Both the position numbers and the translations under genes were made by a program. A DNA stretch of 64,000 nt from positions 29,282-93,281 of the forward strand of contig JAZOCU010000054.1 of NCBI GenBank assembly GCA_045596625.1, read 5' to 3'. The DNA comes from Oscillospiraceae bacterium (GTDB taxonomy: Bacteria; Bacillota; Clostridia; Oscillospirales; Ruminococcaceae). Position 1 is the first letter of the stretch. The number at the start of each line of letters is the position of its first letter. The notes below the pieces were generated by a model. The model worked only from the letters and a program-made list of their open reading frames with translations. It ran no database searches and was not told the DNA's origin. Positions 25,676 to 33,442 of this stretch are shown one piece after another.

Positions 25676-25697
25676 ATTGGGAAAGAGAGGTGGTATT

Positions 25698-25937
25698 ATG
25701 GCATCGCACAGCAAAGCGGAGGCAATTCTTTGGCTGCAGCAAATGCAGGAAAAGCTGCTGGCTGAGGGAATCAGACGATATCCGAAACGCAGCGATTTCA
25801 CTGCCGAGCAAGTCGTTGCGATCAAAGCACATCTCGGGCCATGGCCTCGTGCACTGGAAGCAGCTGCTCTGAAACCATCTTGCAATACCGAGCCGGCTTC
25901 CCAAAGCAATGAAAAGCGCATAGTAAAAAACAAATAA
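25698..25937 (+). CDS. small hypothetical protein (79 aa), first ORF of the B12 operon
   Basis: AGAGAGGTGG RBS then ATG 25698. RYPKRSDFTAEQVVAIKAHLGPWPRALEAAAL resembles the repeat found next to homing endonucleases (P..DF....I...FGSW..AL..AGL). The track start 25647 would include the terminator T-run. Confidence 0.45.
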   Translation: MASHSKAEAILWLQQMQEKLLAEGIRRYPKRSDFTAEQVVAIKAHLGPWPRALEAAALKPSCNTEPASQSNEKRIVKNK

Positions 25938-25953
25938 AAAAGGAGAAAGTATC

Positions 25954-26802
25954 ATGAAAAAACAAACTTTTGCTGCAATGCTTTTGAGTACGATGCTGAC
26001 AGCATGCATCATTCCCTGTTTTGCTTCCGCTGCTGACAAAGCGGAGGTAACGGTAACCATTGCCGATGCAAACGGCAATCTTGTACTGACACAGGCCGAT
26101 GTCATAGTCACGGATGCCGATCAGGATGGTGTACTTACCATCGGTGATGCATTATACGCTGCGCATGAAACCTATTATGAAGGCGGTGCCGCAAGCGGAT
26201 ATTCCGCCTCGATCACCGATTACGGTCTGAGCTTGAATATGCTTTGGGGTAATCCGAACGGCGGCTCGCATGGATACTATCAAAATCATATGGCTCCCTT
26301 AAGTCTTTCGGATCCTATTGCCGATGGTGATCGGATCGCTGCATTTTCCTATACGGATCTGACAGGCTGGTCGGATCAGTATTGTTATTTTGATGCAGAT
26401 ACGGTATCGGCAGCCGAAGGAGAACACATCACACTGACCTTGCAGGGCGCAGGATACGATGCGGCTTGGAATCCTGTCTGCGTCCCTGTTGCGGATGCTT
26501 ATATTGTGCTGGATGGTGTCCGCACTGCTTATCAGACGGATGCGGAAGGAACCGTAACACTGCCTTTATCCGCTGTGGGAACCCATATCATCAGTGCCGA
26601 ATCGGATACCATGATACTGGTGCCGCCGGTATGTATCGCCGCTGTCACCGCTTCGGATCCATCTGCAGCAGCACCTGCCACAACCTCTGCCGATATGGTC
26701 GATACCGGTGACAGCAGCCTGTCTGTATGGCTGCTTGCTGCTGTGAGTCTGATGGGAATCGCTGCAATCGGATGCGGATATCGGATCAGATGCAGAAAGT
26801 GA
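25954..26802 (+). CDS. secreted DUF4430-like (transcobalamin beta-domain-like) protein with Ig-like module and C-terminal membrane anchor
   Basis: Signal peptide MKKQTFAAMLLSTMLTACIIPCFASA. VTVTIADANG...ITDYGLSLNMLWGN...GYYQNHM...ADGDRIAAFSY fits the DUF4430 pattern. A second beta-rich module follows. C-terminal hydrophobic helix plus RIRCRK tail. Confidence 0.6.
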   Translation: MKKQTFAAMLLSTMLTACIIPCFASAADKAEVTVTIADANGNLVLTQADVIVTDADQDGVLTIGDALYAAHETYYEGGAASGYSASITDYGLSLNMLWGNPNGGSHGYYQNHMAPLSLSDPIADGDRIAAFSYTDLTGWSDQYCYFDADTVSAAEGEHITLTLQGAGYDAAWNPVCVPVADAYIVLDGVRTAYQTDAEGTVTLPLSAVGTHIISAESDTMILVPPVCIAAVTASDPSAAAPATTSADMVDTGDSSLSVWLLAAVSLMGIAAIGCGYRIRCRK

Positions 26803-28424
26803 GAACACTATGGCGTTTGCCGTTATGGCTGCTATCGGTATTCTGCTGCTTGCAGAGTATTATATTACCTTGTGCTGCATCCGATCAGCATTCGGCAGTG
26901 TATGACAAAATCATACAGGCACAGCTGACATCGTCAGATGCCAAGGATATCCAAGCATGGATTACCGATACATTGGCAGCACGTGCAGGCAGCGGCTCGC
27001 CGGAATGGTATGCTATGGCACTTGCACAATCGGGATGCTCTTATAATATGACGGCCTATACAGAAGCACTGCAAACTGCGATTTATGATCCGATGAACAA
27101 TGCGGTGCAACGTCAGCGATGCGCACTGGCTTTGTTGGCTGCTGATCCCGATCACAGTGCCGATGCAATGGAGCGGCTGCTTGCCGAAACCCTTGGCAAG
27201 CAAGGCATCATGAGCGAAATATTCGGTCTGCATCTGATACAGCTTGGAGTACCGTCCGTGCAAAGCATTGCGTCTGTTGTGCAGCTGCTTTGCACGCGTC
27301 AGCTTGCGGATGGCGGATGGGCACTTTCGGGCAGCACAGGCGATGTGGATGTGACTGCCATGGTCATTCAGGCATTGGCTCCGCACCGTAAGATACAGGC
27401 AGCGGAAGATGCCATTGCACAGGGATTGTCTTTTTTATCGGCAAAGCAGCTGGATGACGGCAGCTTTGTCAGCTATGGCGTATCCAATCCCGAAAGCGGT
27501 GCCCAGGTTTGGATCGCACTGGCTGCTCTGGGGATCGATTATCAAACCGATACACGGTTTTGCAAAAACGGCAATACGATCATGGATGCGATCCTGCGGT
27601 TTCAGTGTGCATCGGGGGGCTTTTCGCATATCGCAAACGGTAAAGAGAATGCCAATGCCACGGTGCAGGTGTTTTTGGCACTGACGGCGCAACGGCTGCT
27701 GGAAACAGAGCAGCGCAGTCTGTATGCTTTTGCACGAAAAGCAGCTCCCGTTACGAACATCTCCACCGCATCTTCAGCGACAGAGCAGATCACAAGCAGT
27801 CACAATACCGAACTTGCAACATCCCCTGCCGGAACACTGCCGCTGCGATGGATCCTTACTGCTGTGATCCTTCTGGGTGCAGCTCTGATCTGCGTGATAA
27901 TGCGGCGGAAAGGACGCCGTCATCCCAATCATATTCTGCTTGTGCTGGGCATCGGGGGGATATTGATCGCTGCGGTATGGTGGATCCGTTTGGAAACACC
28001 GGAGCAATATTACGGAACACAAACAGAAAAAAACAATGTGATCGGCAGTGTAACATACAGTATTCGCTGTGATCTGCTGCCGAAAGAGCATACCCATTCT
28101 CATTTGCCGGAAAATGGCATTCTGCTTGCTCCGACCGAGCTTGCTCTTGCAGAGGGAGAAACCGTACTGGATCTGCTGTATGAGGTCACAAAAGCTCAGC
28201 AGCTTCAACTGGAAGTAAACGGCTTGCAGGATGAGCAGGCTTATATCCGAAGTATTGCTAATCTATATGAGTTCGATTACGGGGATCTATCCGGTTGGGT
28301 TTATCGGGTCAACGGAACCTCTCCCTCCATCGGCTGCGGACAATATTTACTTTCGGATGGGGATGTCGTTGAATGGGTCTACTCACTTTCACTGGGAGAG
28401 GATCTACCGGATGCGGAACAATAA
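26790..28424 (+). CDS. prenyltransferase/squalene-oxidase-repeat (alpha/alpha toroid) protein - TM hairpin - DUF4430 domain
   Basis: Signal-like N-terminus. Three visible toroid repeats: QLADGGWALSG, QLDDGSFVSYG, QCASGGFSHI. Two TM helices flank RRKGRRH. The C-terminal domain (SGWVYRVNGTSPSIGCGQYLLSDGDVVEWVYS) is a textbook DUF4430 signature. Start 26790 overlaps the previous gene by 13 nt; 26772 is also possible. Confidence 0.65.
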   Translation: MQKVRTLWRLPLWLLSVFCCLQSIILPCAASDQHSAVYDKIIQAQLTSSDAKDIQAWITDTLAARAGSGSPEWYAMALAQSGCSYNMTAYTEALQTAIYDPMNNAVQRQRCALALLAADPDHSADAMERLLAETLGKQGIMSEIFGLHLIQLGVPSVQSIASVVQLLCTRQLADGGWALSGSTGDVDVTAMVIQALAPHRKIQAAEDAIAQGLSFLSAKQLDDGSFVSYGVSNPESGAQVWIALAALGIDYQTDTRFCKNGNTIMDAILRFQCASGGFSHIANGKENANATVQVFLALTAQRLLETEQRSLYAFARKAAPVTNISTASSATEQITSSHNTELATSPAGTLPLRWILTAVILLGAALICVIMRRKGRRHPNHILLVLGIGGILIAAVWWIRLETPEQYYGTQTEKNNVIGSVTYSIRCDLLPKEHTHSHLPENGILLAPTELALAEGETVLDLLYEVTKAQQLQLEVNGLQDEQAYIRSIANLYEFDYGDLSGWVYRVNGTSPSIGCGQYLLSDGDVVEWVYSLSLGEDLPDAEQ

Positions 28425-28439
28425 TCAAGGAGGGAAACG

Positions 28440-29312
28440 ATGCAACGTTTTGAGCAGGGACATCCGCTGCCTGTTGCCATACACCTGCTAAGCACAGCAC
28501 TGATTGCCATGTTCTGCCGTGACCCGTTGCTGCTGGGACTTTCTCTTTGCAGTGCATTGGGCTGTTATTGGCTGCAGCGACTGGATCATAGACTGCATCG
28601 ATGGGCTTTGCTGCTGTTTTTCGGCTTCACTCTGCTGACACCGTTATGGAATCAACGCGGCTCGACTGTATTGTTTGTTCTCAACGATCGTCCTGTTACG
28701 TTGGAAGCGGTATGCTATGGTGCTGTATCTGCACTGATGCTGCTTGCAGTACTGTATTGGTTTGCGCTGTTTTCCCATTGGATGACAACCGATCGGCTTT
28801 TGTATCTTTTCCGACGGCTTTCTCCAAAGCTTGCGCTGACTGTCTCCATGGGATTGCGGCAGGCATCCCTGCTTTCAGCACAGCTGCGGCAGATTCGTGA
28901 GGCGCAGACGGTAATGGGTTTGCAGCAGGAACAGAATCTCATAGATCGGGTACGCAGTGAACTGCGCAGCCTTTCCGCAGTCCTTTCGTGGGGATTGGAA
29001 AACGGCATCGTGACAGCGGACAGCATGAGCGCAAGAGGCTATGGAACCCAAAGACGAAGCAGCTTTTCGTTGTTTGTATTTCATCGAAAGGATGCACTGC
29101 ATCTGCTGATCGTTATCGTGCTGACGGCATCGGTATTGCTGAGCATAACAAAGGGTGTGCTGTTGGATACCTATTATCCGGCGATACAGCTTCCGGCTTG
29201 GAACGGATATTCATGGATTTGCTATTGTGCATACGGATTGCTTTCTTGCTACCCCCTGCTTCAAAACGGAAAGGAGACGCTGCAATGGCGATACTTACAG
29301 TCGAAAATTTGA
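28440..29312 (+). CDS. ECF transporter transmembrane (T) component, CbiQ/EcfT family
   Basis: 290 aa, polytopic. Coupling-helix motif ending ...ADSMSARGYG. GGAGGG RBS. Confidence 0.8.
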   Translation: MQRFEQGHPLPVAIHLLSTALIAMFCRDPLLLGLSLCSALGCYWLQRLDHRLHRWALLLFFGFTLLTPLWNQRGSTVLFVLNDRPVTLEAVCYGAVSALMLLAVLYWFALFSHWMTTDRLLYLFRRLSPKLALTVSMGLRQASLLSAQLRQIREAQTVMGLQQEQNLIDRVRSELRSLSAVLSWGLENGIVTADSMSARGYGTQRRSSFSLFVFHRKDALHLLIVIVLTASVLLSITKGVLLDTYYPAIQLPAWNGYSWICYCAYGLLSCYPLLQNGKETLQWRYLQSKI

Positions 29313-30943
29313 GCTTTTGGTATCCGGAACAGACCAAGCCTGCTATTGAGGAAATCTCTTTTTCGGTGGAAGAAGGTGCCTTTGTCACGCTCTGCGGCAC
29401 AACAGGCTGTGGGAAAAGTACGCTGCTGCGTCTTTGTAAGCGAGAGCTGATTCCTCGTGGTGAGCAAAAGGGAGTCGTATGTTTTCAAGGAAAGCCGCTT
29501 GGCGCTCTGGATGCCCGTACTGCAGCTTCAGACATTGGATTTGTCGCGCAGCAGCCTGAACAGCAGATCGTTACCGATAAAGTATGGCATGAGCTTGCAT
29601 TCGGACTGGAAAATCTCGGTCTGCCGCAACAGGAGATCCGCCGACGTGTTGCGGAAATGGCATCTTATTTTGGTATTACCGAATGGTTTGAACGAGATAC
29701 GGCATCTCTTTCAGGCGGGCAAAAACAGCTTTTGAATCTGGCAGCGGTAATGATCATGCAGCCAAAGCTTCTTTTGCTGGATGAACCAACAGCGCAGCTG
29801 GATCCGATTGCGGCAGGTGAATTTATCACAACACTGCATCAGCTCAATCGGGAGCTGTCTCTGACCATTCTCATGACCGAGCATCGGCTGGAGGAGGTCA
29901 TACCGCTTTCGGATACACTCATGGTCATGGAGCATGGCAAACAAATCGCTTATGATTCACCTCGCAGCGTACTTTCGACAATATCTCCGACATCTCCCCT
30001 GCTGGGCGGTATGCCCGCTGCAGCGCAGCTATATCACGCTTTAGGTGCAGGAACTTCTCACTGTCCTCTGACACCAAGAGAAGGCAGAATGTACTTACAG
30101 GAACACTGTGCCCTGCCATCCCGTCTGCCTGCAGCAGCATCCCAAACATCGTCTGCATCAGCGCCTGCTCTGGAATGGAAGGGTGTTTATCAGCGATATC
30201 ATCGCAATGCGCCGGATATCCTGACGGATTTTTCCTTGTGCATCCATGAAGGAGAATGCTTTTGTCTGTTGGGTGGAAACGGTGCCGGAAAATCCACTGC
30301 ATTAAAAGCCGCAGCAGGACTGCTGAAGCCTTATGCAGGCAGCATTCGTATCTTCGGAAAAAAACAGTCAGACTATACAAACGGCACTTTGTATCATCAT
30401 TGTCTTGCCATGCTGCCGCAGAATGTACAGACACTGTTTGTGAAAAACACTGTGAAAGAGGAACTTGCGGAGATCGGCACTGCAGCAGAAACCTTCCCAT
30501 TTGATCTGACACAATGGTATGATCGCCATCCCTATGATGTCAGCGGCGGAGAGCAGCAGCTCATCGCTCTTGCCAAGATCATGGGACAGAAGCCGCGGAT
30601 CCTATTGCTTGATGAGCCGACGAAGGGTCTGGATGCGGATGCCAAAGCACGATTGGGGCGTGTGCTGCATACCTTACAGCTTCAAGGTGTGACCATCGTG
30701 ATCGTGACCCATGACATTACCTTTGCTGCTGTTTATGCACAGCGATGCGGACTGCTGTTTCGCGGAAATCTGATAGCGGCAGAACCGCCGGACCGTTTTT
30801 TTGCAGGCAATCATTTTTATACTACCGCCGCCCATCGGATGAGCAGAGGACTATGCGAAAATGCCATCACGGTAGAGCAGCTCGCACAGTACGGCAAACT
30901 GCGGATACAACAGGAGGGTGCCCATGCAGATCATAGAGCATAA
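29285..30943 (+). CDS. ECF transporter fused double ATPase (EcfA-EcfA')
   Basis: Starts MAILTVENLSFWYP. Two cassettes: GTTGCGKST with LSGGQKQ, and GGNGAGKST with VSGGEQQ. GGAGA RBS. The track ORF 28988 start is an out-of-frame overlap with the T component gene. Confidence 0.9.
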   Translation: MAILTVENLSFWYPEQTKPAIEEISFSVEEGAFVTLCGTTGCGKSTLLRLCKRELIPRGEQKGVVCFQGKPLGALDARTAASDIGFVAQQPEQQIVTDKVWHELAFGLENLGLPQQEIRRRVAEMASYFGITEWFERDTASLSGGQKQLLNLAAVMIMQPKLLLLDEPTAQLDPIAAGEFITTLHQLNRELSLTILMTEHRLEEVIPLSDTLMVMEHGKQIAYDSPRSVLSTISPTSPLLGGMPAAAQLYHALGAGTSHCPLTPREGRMYLQEHCALPSRLPAAASQTSSASAPALEWKGVYQRYHRNAPDILTDFSLCIHEGECFCLLGGNGAGKSTALKAAAGLLKPYAGSIRIFGKKQSDYTNGTLYHHCLAMLPQNVQTLFVKNTVKEELAEIGTAAETFPFDLTQWYDRHPYDVSGGEQQLIALAKIMGQKPRILLLDEPTKGLDADAKARLGRVLHTLQLQGVTIVIVTHDITFAAVYAQRCGLLFRGNLIAAEPPDRFFAGNHFYTTAAHRMSRGLCENAITVEQLAQYGKLRIQQEGAHADHRA

Positions 30944-31607
30944 GCAAACCCGGATTTTACTGTCATGGCTGCTCCCGCTTTTGATCATGCCGCCGATCGT
31001 TTATCTCAGCACGAAGCTGAACACCCGCTATACGGCCGCCATGATCCTGCTGATGGTAGCATTGACCCTGCTGCTGTTTCTTTCAGGCATCAGCCGCAAG
31101 GAGCTTGGTACCCGCAGAATGGTTCTTTCAACCATTTTTATCGGCATGGCAATTGCCGGACGCGCACTGCCGATCATCAAGCCCGTAACAGCACTGACGA
31201 TTCTTGCGGCAATGTATCTTGGCAAAGAAGCCGGCTTCCTTGTGGGAGCATTGTCTGCAGTGCTTTCCAATTTCTTTTTCGGCCAAGGTCCATGGACACC
31301 GTTTCAGATGCTTGCATGGGGATTGATCGGCTGGCTTGCCGGTATTCTTGCAGTACCGCTGCAGCGGCATCGATGGCTGCTGCTGGGATACGGCGCAATC
31401 ACCGGCTTAGGATACTCCATGCTGATGGATGTCTGGACGGTATTATGGCATTATGAAAACTTTTCAGCAGCATCTTATGGCGCTGTGCTGATCACAGCTA
31501 TACCGCATATGCTTTTATATGTTTGCGGCAATGTGTTGTTTCTGGCGGTGCTCGGTAAGCCGATTGGCGATAAGCTGCTGCGGATCCGGAAAAAATATGG
31601 TATATAG
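30924..31607 (+). CDS. ECF transporter substrate-capture (S) component, predicted corrinoid-specific by context
   Basis: About 227 aa with six hydrophobic helices and no soluble domain. GGAGGG RBS. Overlaps the ATPase gene end by 20 nt. Confidence 0.65.
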   Translation: MQIIEHKQTRILLSWLLPLLIMPPIVYLSTKLNTRYTAAMILLMVALTLLLFLSGISRKELGTRRMVLSTIFIGMAIAGRALPIIKPVTALTILAAMYLGKEAGFLVGALSAVLSNFFFGQGPWTPFQMLAWGLIGWLAGILAVPLQRHRWLLLGYGAITGLGYSMLMDVWTVLWHYENFSAASYGAVLITAIPHMLLYVCGNVLFLAVLGKPIGDKLLRIRKKYGI

Positions 31608-31641
31608 AATGGCAGGGGTGCATACTTCTGTCATTCTTTTT
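31607..31641 (+). terminator. terminator of the ECF operon
   Basis: GAATGGCAG, 12-nt loop, CTGTCATTC, then TTTTT. Confidence 0.7.
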
Positions 31642-31672
31642 CGCAAAAAGAATGACGAGCTGCAAACAAAAG

Positions 31673-31701
31673 TTGAAAAAAAGCAAAATCTGTGCTATAA
31701 T
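31673..31701 (+). promoter_or_regulatory. promoter of the ABC-F gene
   Basis: TTGAAA, 17 nt, TATAAT. Short leader of about 35 nt with no attenuator. Confidence 0.6.
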
Positions 31702-31741
31702 AGATCCCATATTACGAAATATAGGAGAAGCATCCGCTGCT

Positions 31742-33295
31742 ATGAGTATTTTAACCGTTGAAAATGTGACCCACGGCTTTGGTGCCCGTCAGATCCTGAA
31801 CAATGCATCCTTTCGTCTGCTCAAAGGAGAGCATATCGGACTGGTTGGTGCAAATGGGGAAGGAAAATCTACTTTTTTGAATATTATTACCGGCAAGCTT
31901 GCACCCGATGAAGGCAAGATCGAGTGGTGCAGACGTATCACCACAGGCTATCTGGATCAATACAGCACACTGCAAAAAGGCAAAACGATCTATGATGTAC
32001 TGCGGGATGCCTTTGGGTATCTGGAAGAACTGGAACAGGAAATGCTTGCGCTCTATGATACAATGGGAGATTGTTCCGAGGAAGAACTGGAAAAAGCCAT
32101 GGAAGAAGTCGGCGAGATCCAGAATATGCTGGATTACAGCGGATATTACACCATCGATGCCAAGATCTCGGAATATGCAAACGGTCTGGGCTTGGGCGAG
32201 ATCGGCCTGGATCGGGATGTATCGGAGCTATCCGGCGGTCAACGTGCCAAAGTGCTGCTGGCAAAGGTGCTGCTGGAAAATCCTATGATCCTGATCCTTG
32301 ATGAGCCGACAAATTTCCTTGACGAAAATCATATTGCCTGGCTGAAGGAATTTTTGAGAAACTATGAAAATGCATTCATTTTAGTATCGCACGATATCCC
32401 TTTCCTCAATGATGTGGTCAATGTGATCTATCATGTAGAGAATGCCGTACTGACTCGATATGCAGGTGATTATGACAATTTCCTGCGGATGTATGAACTG
32501 AAAAAGCGTCAGCTGGAGCAGGCATATGAAAAGCAGCAAAAGGAAATTGCTGATCTGGAGGATTTTATTGCTCGCAACAAGGCAAGAGTTGCTACGACGA
32601 ATATGGCGAAATCCCGCCAGAAAAAACTGGATAAGATGGATAAAATCACATTGGGTGCCCGAAAAGCAGAGCTGTCTTTTGGCTTCACTCCGGCCAGAAC
32701 ACCCGGCCGTGTCGTGATCGAATGCCGCGATCTGGTACTTGGCTATGATGAGCCGTTGACACGTCCTGTTTCTCTGAAACTGGAATGCGGACAAAAAATC
32801 GCAATCAAGGGCGTAAACGGTCTTGGCAAATCCACACTGTTGAAAACACTGCTCAAACTGATCCCGCCGATCAGCGGAACAGTAGAGCATGACCAATTCA
32901 TAGAACCGGGTTATTTTGAGCAGGAGGAAATTGCAACCTCGGAAACCGCTTTGCAGACCATCTGGGATGCATATCCTGCCATGAGCAATGGCGAAGTGCG
33001 GGCTGCTTTGGCAAGATGCGGACTGACCACAGAACATATCACCTCACAGATGCGAGTGCTTTCCGGCGGCGAAAATGCCAAGGTGCGGCTATGCCGTCTG
33101 ATGCTGAAAAGCATCAATCTGCTGGTGCTGGATGAACCGACCAATCATCTGGATGTAGATGCCAAGGATGAATTGAAGCGTGCCATCAAAGAGTTCAAAG
33201 GCACCGTATTGCTGGTAAGCCACGAGCCGGAGTTTTATTATGATGTTGCCGATGAGGTATGGAATCTTGAGGATTGGACCACCAAAATCGTCTGA
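31742..33295 (+). CDS. ABC-F family ATPase (ribosome-associated, no TMD)
   Basis: Two cassettes: GANGEGKST with LSGGQRAKV, and GVNGLGKST with LSGGENAKV. They are joined by a charged linker. Start MSILTVENV at 31742. Confidence 0.9.
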   Translation: MSILTVENVTHGFGARQILNNASFRLLKGEHIGLVGANGEGKSTFLNIITGKLAPDEGKIEWCRRITTGYLDQYSTLQKGKTIYDVLRDAFGYLEELEQEMLALYDTMGDCSEEELEKAMEEVGEIQNMLDYSGYYTIDAKISEYANGLGLGEIGLDRDVSELSGGQRAKVLLAKVLLENPMILILDEPTNFLDENHIAWLKEFLRNYENAFILVSHDIPFLNDVVNVIYHVENAVLTRYAGDYDNFLRMYELKKRQLEQAYEKQQKEIADLEDFIARNKARVATTNMAKSRQKKLDKMDKITLGARKAELSFGFTPARTPGRVVIECRDLVLGYDEPLTRPVSLKLECGQKIAIKGVNGLGKSTLLKTLLKLIPPISGTVEHDQFIEPGYFEQEEIATSETALQTIWDAYPAMSNGEVRAALARCGLTTEHITSQMRVLSGGENAKVRLCRLMLKSINLLVLDEPTNHLDVDAKDELKRAIKEFKGTVLLVSHEPEFYYDVADEVWNLEDWTTKIV

Positions 33296-33349
33296 TGGTA
33301 ATACACTTCGTGAATAAGCCGGTGTATGGATATAGGAAAAAAGCATAAT

Positions 33350-33386
33350 AAAGCCGCTTCTGACAGAAATGTCAGAAGCGGCTTTT
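33350..33386. terminator. bidirectional terminator between convergent genes
   Basis: AAAGCCGCTTCTGAC AGAAAT GTCAGAAGCGGCTTT. Confidence 0.8.
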
Positions 33387-33442
33387 GCTTGCAGTCATGT
33401 ATCGTGTGCTGCAATCTTTTTGCGATTACGGATCAACGATTT

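Noticed and set aside
25647-25697. Track start (25647) for the small ORF downstream of the riboswitch
   Set aside because: The extra 17 codons would span the terminator stem and T9 run and have no RBS. ATG 25698 has AGAGAGGTGG upstream.
28988-29284. N-terminal 99 codons of the 651-aa track ORF for the ECF ATPase
   Set aside because: This stretch overlaps the 3' part of the EcfT gene in another frame. The conserved ATPase N-terminus MAILTVENLSFWYP starts at 29285 with its own GGAGA RBS.
31630-31656. Perfect 12-bp hairpin GTCATTCTTTTT CGC AAAAAGAATGAC after the ECF operon
   Set aside because: It is formed by the terminator T-run pairing with a downstream A-run. It is an alternative fold of the same terminator region, with no T-run of its own on either strand.
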